A stretch of 64,000 bases of DNA from positions 992,001-1,056,000 of the forward strand of contig CM035361.1 in NCBI GenBank assembly GCA_020137815.1. Reading direction: 5' to 3'. Under the pieces are notes generated by a model. It was not told the DNA's origin and ran no database searches. It saw only the letters and a program-made list of their open reading frames with translations. Shown in pieces: positions 38,124 to 51,174 of this stretch. A program made the translations under genes and the position numbers. Each line of letters starts with the position of its first letter. Position 1 is the first letter of the stretch. Source of the stretch: Hormiphora californensis. Lineage: Eukaryota; Animalia; Ctenophora.

Positions 38124-41100
38124 TCAGTCCTCTTGTATGACCAACAGATCCTCCTCCGAAGGCCCAGCTACAGCACTACTCTCTTCACTCTGTTGTTGAA
38201 GTTGGTTCAACAGTGCACGAGCTACGTCACACGGAGCAGCGGCTGTGGTCTGTGTGGCTGGGGTGGATGAGGTGGAGGAGGAGGACACGAGGACGTCGGA
38301 TCTTTGGAGATCATTCAAAGTAGCCAGGATGTCACCTAGTTTGTCCTTGGTTAGAGGGAGCAGGTTCTGCAGGGGGAAGTTGAATGTTAGTTTTCATGAT
38401 ATAATGTTAGCGAAACAATTTATAGGCCAATGGCCAGGGTATGACGCTCCTTTACATTTGTTGCGGGGCGCGGAGAAAGATGGTCTAACAAGTCAAGGTA
38501 TGTGATGATCCGGGGGGGGGGGGGGCCCGCGTATTAAAATGTCCTTTAATGTCCCTCGATTTTTGGGACATTAAATTGTCCGGGGTAATTTGGGACATTA
38601 AAAGACATTAAAGGACAAGAAATTTTAACCATTTCAAAATGTGTTACCAAACATTTCTACCACCAATGTACTACTAAAGGTCCCATCTTTCGATTCCAAT
38701 TAATGTTCATTAGTTTTCAGTGGTGATTAGGCTTGCTTTTGCGTGGACCGTGGGTGCGGTACCTCTTTTACATGTGCATAATTCTAGGCTAGACGATATC
38801 TCAAAATCATCTTATGAAACGAGTAGAGAACATCCCCGATTTTGTCAGAATAGTGTTTGGTGTCTAATTAGAAGTCAAAAAAGTTTTAGTGGTCAAACCC
38901 AAAATATACGATATTTAGGTTTTTTAGGTTTTTTGGCGTTTATGGGTTTCAGGAACGTCCTAGAACAAAATGAATAAAACCATCTTTCTCGGCGTGAAAT
39001 TTTGCATCGATTATAGTGGCTACAAACCTTTCTATGGCGTAAGGTTAAGAAGTTATCCCAAAAAATCCCAAACGGGTACATCTTATAGGGGCGGGTACAT
39101 GTTTTAGGCTAACGGGCGAACCTCTTGTCAGAACACCATGTTATAGGTACTCAATCGACGTGTATTGATGAGGAAATAATTTTAGTGAAAACCATTTTGA
39201 TCTGCGATGTCTGTGTAACGAATAAAACCTAAAAAACCTTACCACATGTTTTAACCAAACGGGTATGCTTCATGTGGTAAGGTTTTTACCTTACGTCATA
39301 GAAAGGTTTGTAGCCACTATAATCGATGCAGAATTTCACGCCGAGAAAGATGGTTCTGTTTATTTTGTTCTAGGACTTTCCTAAAACCCATAAAAGCCAC
39401 AAAAAACCTAAAAAACCTAGGAAAACCTAAATTTAGGATTTTAGCCCTTAAAAATTTTTTGACTTCTAATTAGACACCAAAGACCATTCTGACTGAGTTT
39501 CATCAAAATCGAGGCTATTTTCACTCTAAAACCTTGACATTTAGTCCAAAACTTCAAAATTTCCGGGGTTCGCTTAGAGGTACCGGGCCACCCTAAAATG
39601 AGGCGTAATCACCCCCAACATCCATGGTATTGGTTGGAATCGATAGAGGGGACATTAGGAGTAAATATTAAGTGGCTGAAAATACCATTTTAGTTTAATA
39701 ATAGCTGAAAATTCATGTTTTAATTAAGTGTCCTTTAATGTCTTTTAATGTCCTTTAATGTCCTTTAATGTCCCAGGGACATTAAAGTCGGACGTGTTTA
39801 TTTAGGACATGGATATTAAATTCACGCGGCCCCCCCCCCCCCCCCCCCGATGATCCATTATTGGTGTACGATTCAGAAATCGACACCGTGACAATGCACC
39901 CTATAATTGCCAAGCTAGACTGTGTTTCGGGCGCCCGAGGGTTAGAACATAACAAGCACCCTAATATAGATTCATATATTACCGTTTCAGCGGTTGATGC
40001 GGAGACACCCACACCAGTATCACAGCTACTACTAGGTACTGCTGCGGTTATTGATACTCCAGATGGTACGGTGGAAGCAGCAGCAGGGGAGTCACAATCC
40101 GAACCCAGGATGTCAACGTCCCCCATATCGTCACCTTCTGAGGCTTTGTTTAACTGTAGGAGAGGAGGGGTGTAAATACTCACTATTTATCTTTTCAGAC
40201 AATTCTGTATAGTGACCCTTTAATTTTTATGTTAGTTCTGAAATTTTAGTTCTGTTCATTTTAGTATAAATTGTTAATTACAATCTGTAATTAAATATTT
40301 AGCTTAGTGAATGATCAAGACTTTTACAGATACGTAAGAGGGAGATATCAACCAGGAACAGACCGAATCAGGAAATACTGGTCCCTGATTGGCTGGTAAC
40401 CAGTCACGTGACCTAAATAACGAGTTCTGATTGGTTGTTTACTTGTTTCGGTCGGTTCCTGATATCAAAACCAGTACAACAAACATACCTGGACAACGCG
40501 AGAATTGGCTACAAGTGTAGACAGAACAGCCTTGAGTTGTTGTTCACCAATGTCAAGTGCGTCCAACTCACCGCCATGCTGACCATTTATCTTCGGCTGA
40601 GGATAATATTAACAGATATTATATGGATATTGTGAGAAAAACAACTAAAAGATGAATAAATTCAAAATGAGATCAGGATGAAAATCATAGAAATTTACCT
40701 TTTTAGCAGCATTAATAACACTGCTGTTCAGATCGCCCTCTCGTTTAGTACTCCCTCCCCCACCAGCAACTGGGTTTTGCATTTTCGTGTAGGAATACGT
40801 CTTGAACTGCAACCTGTGAAAAAGGGAATAGTAAATCCCCTAAAAATATAGCCCAGCTGGGAGAAAGGGCCGGTTTTTTCTCGGAAATATGAACCTTGAG
40901 TACCAGGGATTACACATTATTTGTGTGTCTCACACCAAGCACTGTGAGGGTTCGGTAGATAAACCCATTATGGAAGAAAAAGCCCAGAATAAAGGTGTGG
41001 TTCACAATAGTGTGAAACATGATAAATACAGCTGTATTATTTCGTTGTGAAACATGATATACAATTAGTAGGTGTGTGTAAGAGAGAGTTGCTCATTAAC

Positions 41101-41817
41101 ATGCCTCAGGCAGTTGCTATACCGTGGAGAGAATATGCGCTACTCTATGAGAGCGCACTATGAGGCGGGGTCGACATTACTAGTCGTTGTTCTCTTAGTT
41201 AAAGTAACAAACTCTCTCTCCCCTAATGGAGGGGCATGATACCACACCCCTTTTTTCAAAAGAGTGCACACAGATTAGCTGGTAAAATTAAATCTTACTT
41301 GTGATAGAGGTCCAGGCACTCACTGCACAGATCTCGAGTGTGGTAGTTCCGATATTGTCCAGGCTTGCTATCCTTCTGGTGCCACACCGTACACCTGCAA
41401 AGTAAAATTATGTCAAGATAAATGAACTGTCTCCGCGATCCCCTCACCTGTATAACGGGGGGAAGATGTCCCACCGTCCTCTGTTAGAGCATTGACCCTA
41501 TTCCCATTTTTTTCGCGTGAGAACCTGGCAGAGCTGCCTTTCTTTGAGATACAGAACCAAAGGTTCTATGGGACGATGATTAAACAGCAGTACAAATAAC
41601 ATTTTTCGACGCGATCGAAATTCAAATTCCCGGTAGCGGATGGATCAAAATTGTTGTGTTAAATGTATATTGTCCTTTCCACAACAAGAACCTACAATTT
41701 AGCAGTGAGACGGCAGTACGATGTTGTGATGTCCTCTACTTTCTCTCCCAGTGTCTGCTCCACTTTCGAGATATACCTCTGGTTAAAACCTGGAACGGGT
41801 TGAGGTTGAGGAAGAGA

Positions 41818-41886
<69 letters not shown>

Positions 41887-44800
41887 TGCGAAGAGGAGTC
41901 TCTAGATATAAAGCGTAGAGCTCTCGATCTCGAGTGCAGCCTGGGCTCTGCCTCTCTGCGTCTGCACTGCGCGCCTCCTACCTCGCTCTCTGATTCCGAC
42001 CTAAATAGTGCCGTACTCACACTTCTTCCAGAACCTCTCCTTTCTCTTGGCCTTGCATGTGTCCCCTCCCATTTTTCCGTGACGACTTCAGTACAACTTT
42101 CTTCAGCAACACCCTCACTATACTCTTTTGCCTTGAGCAGGTCTGTCCACAAACAAGAGACAAAGAATTGTAGAAATCAATGTTTTCTGTTATCACCCGT
42201 CCAAACTAAAACATATTTAGCTAACTAGGCTACTTCACTACAAACGCAGGAAACAATAAGAGTACATACGATTGTTAGGATCCAATTGAGGCGTTTACTG
42301 TACCACTATACGTACCCCACTATTACACCTGCTACCAGCTACGTAATACATGACGTCGCTAGTGGAGGTTATAAATAAAACTTACCGACATGTATTGGAC
42401 CAAATTGAGGATGTATGTCAATCTTATTACGGGTTACAACCAGAATTAGACCCTCTCCCTCATTACTTGTCGGGTAGACATTCGCTGAAATCAGGAGCAT
42501 CGTCAATGACATATATATTAGTAACGACAAATTGACTAAATCCCTACTTCTTTATAAACATTGGATCAACACACCAGTACACAGTATAACGCACCTGTTA
42601 GATTGAAGACGGATTGATCGCTAATTTGCTTCTTTATATTCTCAAACATCTGCCGAGACCTAGCATCATCTAGGGCAGGCTGAGAGGGTACTGGAGGAGG
42701 CTGCTGTTTAGCCACAGGTGCCACTGTCGCTACTTGCGGTGACCTATGTAAGAGTTGAAGTGTCACGTGATGCCCTAATAAGGAGTGTCACGTGATGCCC
42801 AAATAAGGAGTGTCACGTGATGCCCAAATAAGGAGTGTCACGTGATTCCTAAATAAGGAGTGTCACGTGATGAGGCCACATGGGGGTGGTTTTGGGGAAA
42901 TGTAGATGATATAATATGGTGACTGCAAGGAATGCGACTTACTAACACACAAAAGGAAACTCACAAAGTTACAACATTATATATCTAAGCCGGAAGCCCC
43001 CCCTACACAATGTGTCTCATCTAACGTATTCAATGGTAATAAGGATCGGGGAATTTACAGGAAGTTGGGTTAAAAACTACATAATTACACATTCCTGTGA
43101 TCCCCAACCATATACCTACTCCGCGACTTGTTTGGATGATTTGAAAATATCTTTTTCCTGCTCTCTATAACATAACTAACGATCTTTCTCTTGCTCTCTT
43201 TAATAAAAGTAACGATCTTTCTCTTGCTCTCTTTAGTAAAAGTACCAATCTTTCTCTTGCTCTCTTTAGTAAAAGTAACAATCTCACTACTAACCTCGTC
43301 ACGGTGGTTGCGGTCTTTTGTGGAAGTAACATCTGGAGAAGCTTTGTACTGTCGTTATCTAACGTCTTGCTAACATCCTGCAACTGGGGGGGGGGGGGGG
43401 TGTGAGACTCACACTAAGAGTGAGGAGAGAATCTGGTAGACTAGATTGAGAGTATTTTCCGGTTGGCCAATGAAACTCGGAATACCCGGAAAACTAGAAA
43501 GTAGAAGTTATCCTGGTTTGATAATACAGAGTTATCGATATCCACCGTATTGTACCAGCTACCCATCCTACCCTCAATATTATAATCCCGGATACATCCT
43601 ACTGTAGGATTCCTACATCTAACATATACCTTAATATAGCACTTTATTATAACCCCAGCTACCTGTATGTCAGCAGAAGGGAGGGGTTCCATTCTCAGTG
43701 CGGGAATTGGAGAATTATAAGCAGTTGTACTGGTCTGGGTGTTGAGGGTGGCTACTGTTGTTGATGAACTCGCTGCTGCTCCCGCCTAGTAGGTACAAGA
43801 GAGATTAGTTCTAGGATGCCTGCTTAGAGAGATTATAAGTTTTGATGTTCTTGGTATTTATTGAGACTACGTCATCGGTCATGTTGTGAGATGTGTTATA
43901 ATTGTACATGGTTAGGTACAGTAAATTCAAAGGATTTATGGAATTTCGGAGTTTCAAGGTGAATAGTTTCTAGAAAAAGTCATGACGTTGTCAGTATGTG
44001 CTTCAGAGGAATAGTAATCGAGGGAGAGAGAGGAAGATAGGGAGGAAGAGAGAGATTTACCGGAAAGTTCGGGGAAAAGGGTTTTGCCCGGTAAATCGGG
44101 AGAGAGAGAAAGCTAAAGATGGAGAGAGACAGAGATGGGGAGAGAGACAGAGAGAAACTATAATAATGGGAGATACGTAACAGATAGAATGACGGCATAT
44201 CTAAAAATACCTTGATTTTGTCGATTAGTCTCTGTTGTAGTAGCTGCTTCTGAGTCTGATCACCACTAGAGATGGGTTCACACGGGAAGGACGAAACCTG
44301 TGTAATGATTGTTTTGTTAAAACCTGGTGACAGCTGAGAGATAGAAATTATTTGGAGTTTTGGAAATGATAAATTTCTTGATGACAGTTTCATAATCTGC
44401 TCGTTATACCATGATCGGAGCACTGATCTACAAAATTATCCTGGGTTAGGATATGGAGTCAAGGCCGTGTAACATACCTTGTTAGTCGGGGTTTGTTGTT
44501 TGACCGCCACGTGCTGCAGGATAGTAGACAGAGGGAACGGGTTAACATTAGGGGTATGGTCACCATTCTGATGGGGGAGGAGGGTTAACATTAGGGTTAA
44601 CGTTAGGGTTAACATTAGGGTTAGCGTTAGGGTTAATATTAGGGTTAACGTTAGGGTTAAAGGTTGACAAGATACCTAAAACTTTTCGTATATCGTCTTA
44701 TTTTGATTTATCATTAATTTTCAGCATTTTTTCAGAATTTTTTGTCGGCTAGAAAAAAATTCGAAATAGGGGGTCTACCGATATTTTCAGCACTGGTTTT

Positions 44801-47800
44801 ACTGGGCACACTCACTGCGTCTCGCAAATTGAAATTCACGTTTCCGGTTCCTCAAAAGATAAAGACTTGATCTTGGTTGCGTTGGATTGATCTCAATAAG
44901 ACCTTTCCAACGCTACCAAAACGGTTTCTGTATCTCATCAGGAACCGGAGATATTACGTTATCAATTTTAAAAAAGGCACACTCATTTGTCAGTAGACCC
45001 CCTATTTTGCACATATTTCTAGCCGACAAAAAATTCTGAAAAAATGGTGAAAATTAATGATAAATCAAAATAAGACGATATACGAAAAGTTTTAGGTATC
45101 TTGTCAACCTTTAACGTTAGGGTTAGCATTTAATAAATTTGCACGCTGTGGAGTGTGGAACATCCAAGGGTGGAGAAGTAGGAGACGAAGTTAGAGGTAA
45201 ACTGTTGTCAATGGTATTGCATTTTGCAAGGTGTGGCATACAGCTCCACAGAGGTGTGACGTCACGAAATTCTATTGCATAAATTTTGCAACATATGTGG
45301 ACATGGAACCAAGCAGTTATATTGTAAAGATCGGAGGCCAATACTAGGAACTAGCATCTGCTCTTTACTTCCCTGTTAAAGTAACAATCTTACCGTGGAA
45401 GGTGGATAAATTTTGCCGGTGCCTTCTGATCCTTAAAACTATACAAAATATTACCCAGGAACCGACCGACAAAAGTAAACAACCAATCAGAACTCGTTAT
45501 TTAGGTCACGTGACTGGTTATCAGCCAATCAGGGACCATTATTTCCTGATTCGGTCGGTTCCTGATGTTACCTTTAACTCAGTCAGTAGTTTATCCAGTG
45601 CCTCTATCTCAGCAACTTTCTTAGCGGCATCCCCACCTACCCCCGGTACTGTTGCAGTTGCTGTATCTCCCCCTGGAAACATCTCTTTGATCAGGTGGAT
45701 CTGTTTTATTAGGTTGGCCAGGGGATCAGGACCTGCTGTTGATACCGCTGCTGCTGCTGCCTGAGAGGGGGGAGGGAGGTGTGAGAGGTATATAGTTGGT
45801 TACAAAGTCACCACTATTATTGCTTGTGCGGAGGGGTTATTTCATTACCAAGGTAGTATATAGTGATATGAGTGTTGGTATAGTTTAGTTTGAAACCATA
45901 TGGGACCTCAGCGACCCTTTTCCCAGCTACAGGGTACAAGCAGCTGAAGGATTAGAATGAAAGCACGACTGGGAGAGATAGTATAATGATGTCAAACGAT
46001 ATAGAGAGAGCTGGAAGGGGTAGACAGGTGCAGTAGAGAGAGGGAGATAATGGGCGCATTTGAAGGGTCCGATACACATTGAAAACAATTGAAAATTGAG
46101 AACTTACGAGAACATCAGAAGTTTACACTAACCGACCTGGTCTTGAGGAATCGAAACTGGGGTCTTAGATAAAGGACCATGTTTGACTGAGTCTGAACGA
46201 TTCAAAATGGTAGATAAATCCTCATCTTGTAGATCTACAAATGGCTGCTGTTTAGGGGTACTGACAGGTCCGGTGAAGGATTTTCGATTAAACCGTCGCC
46301 GTTTCCCAACCACTAGATCATCTGATCCAAACTGGCCACGACCCTCAAGGGTACCCGATTCTCTACCCTGGCTGGGCACCGCATCTGGTCTTAGTTCCAA
46401 TTTACTCTTCTCCCCCGAACATCTAAATGATATGATGGAATCGTGCGTGTAATCGTCCTCTGTAAAATGATCAGAGCACACCCTCATTGTCTTAGTAACA
46501 ACATCCCCGGGTAGTCTCCTGGTGCTGATTACCCACTGTTTCGCTAGGTGTGGATCACTTGGAAAGCCATGGAACATTAGGAACGTTCTGCCGGGGATGG
46601 AGCTAACTCGACCACTTCCGCTTCTTACACGGGGTCGGGAGTCGTTGAAACAACCCCAGACACAACAACCAACCATTATAACTAATTATTAACTAGATTA
46701 ATTAACAACCAACCATTAACTAATTATTGATTAGGACTTAGGTTAATTAACAACCAACCATTAACTAATTATCAATTAGTACAATAGGTTAATTAACAAC
46801 TTGGCTTGTTTGTAAAAGCTAAGTTGAAAAGGTGAAAAGTTAGAGAACAAACTACGAGAGTGTAACAAGTAACAACTCATTTCTCTCTGAGAGACAACAA
46901 AAAAGAATCACGTTGCTACATTTACTACGGGTTTACACTCTAAGAAGAAGGGAAGGGAGACAAGTCGAATGTGTATCGTGTGACGTCAACTGAAACTCGA
47001 CACCTGCCCGCATAACTCGAAAATGGAGAGATGTAGGGAGGTGGGATTTTCAGAAGTTCATTTTCTCATCATTTTGCAAACGTGAGTGTGGGTCAATCTG
47101 AGGGGGACAATACCCTTTCAATATTCATACAGGGTGTTCATATGGGATCTTTACAAGCGTTGGGCTTCACCCAGAAAAAAGTTGACAAAACTAGCTTATG
47201 AAACTTCATACTTGGACTATTCTATACCCTCATTCAAGGTTCCTGGTGTTTCCGGAGCTCTAAAACCGCTGGAAGTGTGTTTTTGGCATCAAAACTACCA
47301 GAAGGAATTTTTTGCTGGTGCCGAGACTTTGCTAGAATGTTTTTTGGGTATTTTCTATGTTAATTCCAAAGTTTCATGATGATTGGATGTGTTTTATGAA
47401 CTCAAAATTTCGAAAAAAGTGCCTGGAAAGACTCTAAAATATCAATTTTTGTCGTTTTTGAGCTGTTTTCGGGCCTTTCTAGCCAGTTTATTTGGAACTT
47501 GGTGACTAAACCACACATCCAATCATCATGAAACTTTGGAATTGACATAGAAAATACCCAAAAAACATTCTAGCAAAGTCTCAGCACCAGCAAAAAATTC
47601 GTTCTGGTAGTTTTGATACCAAAAACACACTTCCAGGGGTATTAGAGCTCCGGAAACACCAGGAACCTTGAATGAGGGTATAGAATAGTCCAAGTATGAA
47701 GTTTCATAAGCTAATTTTGTCAACTTTTTTCTGGGTAAAGCCCAACGCTTGTAAAGATCCCATATGAACACCCTGTATGACGGTTAGGAGCATATTCTCA

Positions 47801-48253
47801 TTGGTGTTCCACGTTTTTAACCAGCGGAGCCGAGTGATACGATAAGGGTCGCAAAGAGCCAGACAGCCCAACTAACTAATTGAAAATCTAAAAATAATAT
47901 CAAATATGAATTTGGAAAGTTACCTGGTTGCCTTGTTAGACCCTATACCTGTTTCACCGCGCCCCACACAAATGTAGTAAAGGCGGGTTAGAACAAGGAG
48001 TTAGCCTTCGTTTCCGTACCTCAGGGCAGCCCTTGAGGTACAGAAACGAAGGCTAACTCCTTGCAAAACTATGGATGCGGGGAAGTGACAAAAAAAACAC
48101 AAAAAAAAACATAACAATTACCTGGGGGCTGCCCGGTTAATCGGGGTCTGACTGTACCTGGGGGTTGCTAGGGGAGGATGAGGAGGAGGCATCGCTTTTC
48201 TGTTCTGTGTTCATGGGAAGAGTGAACTTTCCAAACCCCTTCTCGTCAAACAC
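38124..48253 (-). CDS. Multi-exon low-complexity protein gene with a THAP zinc-finger exon (46676-~46137); a further upstream coding exon at 48253-48158; some internal junctions unresolved
   Basis: THAP: [51 protein letters not shown]. Downstream GT/AG exons at ~45761-45572, 44547-44478, 44297-44212, 43786-43663, 43377-43295, 42743-42595, 42143-42021, 41394-41299, 40813-40699, 40596-40489, 40154-39983, 38367-38124 (ending [10 protein letters not shown]). Confidence 0.68.
38512..39848. mobile_element. Inverted-repeat element with poly-G/poly-C ends and an 8-bp TSD (gatgatcc)
   Basis: gatgatcc-GGGG..GGCCCGCG ... CGCGGCCCC..CC-gatgatcc; subterminal (aatgtccttt)n; internal mirror ~38855-39050 versus ~39285-39495. 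Confidence 0.82.
42759..42872. repeat. 25-bp intronic tandem repeat carrying TCACGTGA (about 5 copies)
   Basis: agtgtcacgtgatgcccaaataagg units. Confidence 0.9.
43178..43290. repeat. 30-bp tandem/dispersed repeat (tctcttgctctctttagtaaaagtaacgatct); also at ~37880-37920, 49905-50010 (inverted), 61960-62030 and fragments
   Basis: Direct sequence identity among the copies. Confidence 0.8.
44580..44660. repeat. 12-bp repeat ttagggttaac(a/g) containing TTAGGG, interrupted by a TTAA-inserting MITE
   Basis: About 6-7 units; the array resumes at ~45111-45126. Confidence 0.8.
44661..45110. mobile_element. TTAA-flanked MITE (Kolobok-like AGG terminus)
   Basis: ttaa-AGGTTGACAAGATACC ... GGTATCTTGTCAACCT-ttaa, with TIRs of ~115 bp. 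Confidence 0.9.
47130..47775. mobile_element. Palindromic Tc1/mariner-type MITE (arms ~260 bp) just upstream of the THAP exon
   Basis: ta-CAGGGTGTTCATATGGGATC ... GATCCCATATGAACACCCTG-ta; mirror ORFs 47086..47379(+) and 47526..47771(-). Confidence 0.9.
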
Positions 48254-49517
48254 CTAGAGGAGGAGGTAAGAAAAGGGGATTAAAGATAGGGATACCTGGG
48301 AAGGTATGAAAATGAAGATGCTTCGCTAGATTTATTTTGACGATAAATAATCAATGAAGTAGACAACACCAACAACACAGACAATTGTTGCTTCGCTCGA
48401 CCCTCTCTATCTCAATTGCAAGGACTATATATTTGAATGGAGATGACAAACGAACACTTCAAGTGTATTATTACAAGCGTCTGTTGGTCATCTGCATTCA
48501 ACTATTAGATCTAGCAGCTCTATTGTTTAAATTCATATATACACTCTGACACACACTGAATACTGTCACTAACACACACGTACGCACACGATACTTGCAG
48601 TAAGCACACGACTCAGACCTACTCAGATTTTAGTTTTCAGTTTCCACACAGTAATGTTACATTTGGCAGTCAGTTGGTAAAACAGTGTGAGACACGAGGA
48701 GGAGGGAGAGAAAGTTGCATTTCTTGTTCTCTTCCTCATTCTTTGAATTAGAGAGAGAAATATGGAGATTTGAGAGAGAAAGATTGGGAAATAAAAAAAG
48801 CAGTGAGAATTCACATGGCATTTAGTTTGAAAGAAGACTCTTCTTTTTTGAGAAAAACTTCTTGAACTTTTTGTCCAGCCAAAAATTCATTGCTAGCACT
48901 TTTCCCAACTATTCGACCCGGGAAGAAAAGGAACTTTCTACAGGACAGTAACAAGTAATAACAGGTGCTGCAGCATATAAATTATGCAGTGGCAAACATT
49001 TTGAATCAACATGACAGAGTGTATAACAGCTGGCACGCGAATGTATATAAGATCATTTTTAACAAGAGAGATATAGATTATAGAGGTATAGTAGTTCTGA
49101 AATCATTATGATCACACAATCTCTAACAGATCACACACACAGATTGTAGATCATTATACACTGTTATACTGATCTACTGATATAGATCACACTTGTTCTA
49201 ACCCTCTGAGGGTCGAACAAGGTAAGATCACATGACACATGGTACATACACATTGACATCGTACTGATCAGTAGTGTGATCAGTCTGATATCTGTATCAA
49301 TACAGATATCAGACTGATCACACTGCATATCATTACAGATCACACCGTGTGTGATTCACACGACACACGCGGAAAGCATTGTAGATCACACATTCTGATA
49401 AAGATTACACATGCAAAATCTTTCAGCGATTGGAAGCACTTACTTACATAACCGTTCACGTTTGAGCCGAGTTTTTGTGTCACTGGCCGGTCCCTCCCTT
49501 CCAGTGTCATATATGTA

Positions 49518-49700
49518 CAGGGTGGGCCTAAATAGTTGGACAAAATCAATAGATGGTTGTAAAGGGTGGGCCTAAATAGTTGCACAAAATCAATGGATGG
49601 TTGTAAAGGGTGGGCCTAAATAGTTGGACAAAATCAATAGATGGTTATAAATCAACCTGTAAAGGGTTCACCTAAGATAGTTGTATAAATTGAACAATCA
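49518..49700. repeat. ~43-bp minisatellite beginning with a Tc1-like terminus (ta-CAGGGTGGGCC)
   Basis: agggtgggcctaaatagttggacaaaatcaatagatggttgtaa x3, plus degenerate copies. Confidence 0.8.
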
Positions 49701-49774
49701 ATAAGTACATGGTGTGCCTAAAAACCAATGATAAGTTGTATAAAAAGCAGAACAAAAGGACACACTTTACTGAT

Positions 49775-49812
<38 letters not shown>

Positions 49813-51174
49813 CCGCGTGATCTCAGCTCATCTAAGAGGTTTGTTCTACTTTATCAGAAAGAGAGATTTTCATCAGAATGATATATTTCTGAGCTCCACT
49901 GAAGAAAAGAGAGCAAAAGAGAGATTGTTGCGTTTACTAAAGAGAACAAAAGAGAGATCGTTGCGTTTACTAAAGAGAGCAAAAGAGAGATTGGTCAGTT
50001 CACTAAAGAGAAGAGAGTTATATTAATTGGAGCGAGAGAATATCATACGGGGGTATATTCTTAGTGGCTGATGGGATTGATCATTTTACCATAGGCGGTC
50101 TTCATTAGTTGATAATCTCTACCAATACTGTAACAGAGAGAGGGAGGGGAGAGAGAGAGAGAGAGAGAGAGAGAACAGGAAAAGAAAGAGAGAAAAAAGG
50201 AGAGATATTGACAAGAATAAAAGGGTAAAATAAAAGGGGTCTTCCTCTGGGGGAGATATAAATATTTAGAGTGAGGGCATAAGTGATAGCGGGTAAAGAA
50301 TACCTAGGGAGGAAGAGAGAGAGAGAGGGGAAGGAAATTCTGTCAAAAGTGCCCAATAGAAAGGGGCGGAAACGGGAAACAAAGTCACAAATGAGGCAGA
50401 GAAAAACTAAAGAAATAGACAACCATGGAATCGAAATAATGTATTCCAGGAAACAGGAGAGAGGAATTTAAGCAGTGCTCACTTACTAATATCAATAATT
50501 ACTCACACACAGAATACACGCAGTCTCATAGCCACACACACACACACGACATACAACTATCTCTCTCTCATCATCAATGACATGATATACCAGAATGAGG
50601 TCACTACACACAACATCAGAGGGATCAAAATGTATACGATACCCAAACCACACCACAGCAACAGCCCCTAATTGTACTTAGTGTATACAAACGAAGGGGG
50701 GACGCAGCTGCAACAACGAACAAACGCACAGCAGCTCAACAAAAGGGTCGGGTGGGAAGAAGGGAAAGAGAGAGAGAGAGAAAATGAGATGAGGTCGCGC
50801 GGCTCAAAACCAAATACTGAACACAAAGTACTTTACATAGGGGAGATGTTAGTTGTGCACCGCGCGGGCGGTTTATGCAGGGAGGGGACGCGGGGGCTGG
50901 GACGCGGGAAATGGGTGATTCATTTAGGGTCGGAGTTGAAATTTAACCGTTTAACCGATTACTGCAAGTTGCAACTGCTTGAAACCAGGGTATATCTTGC
51001 GTTGTTCGACCACATCTTGGAACAAAACAGGGGATATCAGTGTATTGAATGCGTAAAACACGTTGTTTTTTTTGAAGAATAGAATAGTGAAATTTTGTAC
51101 TGTATAACTTAGTTAAAATATTAGTAGGTAAAAATATTAAAAACAATCATTATATTTCGCCAGTGTCCCTTTTT

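Noticed and set aside
44580-44660. Interstitial telomere
   Set aside because: The unit is a 12-mer matching the neighbouring exon edge, not pure (TTAGGG)n.
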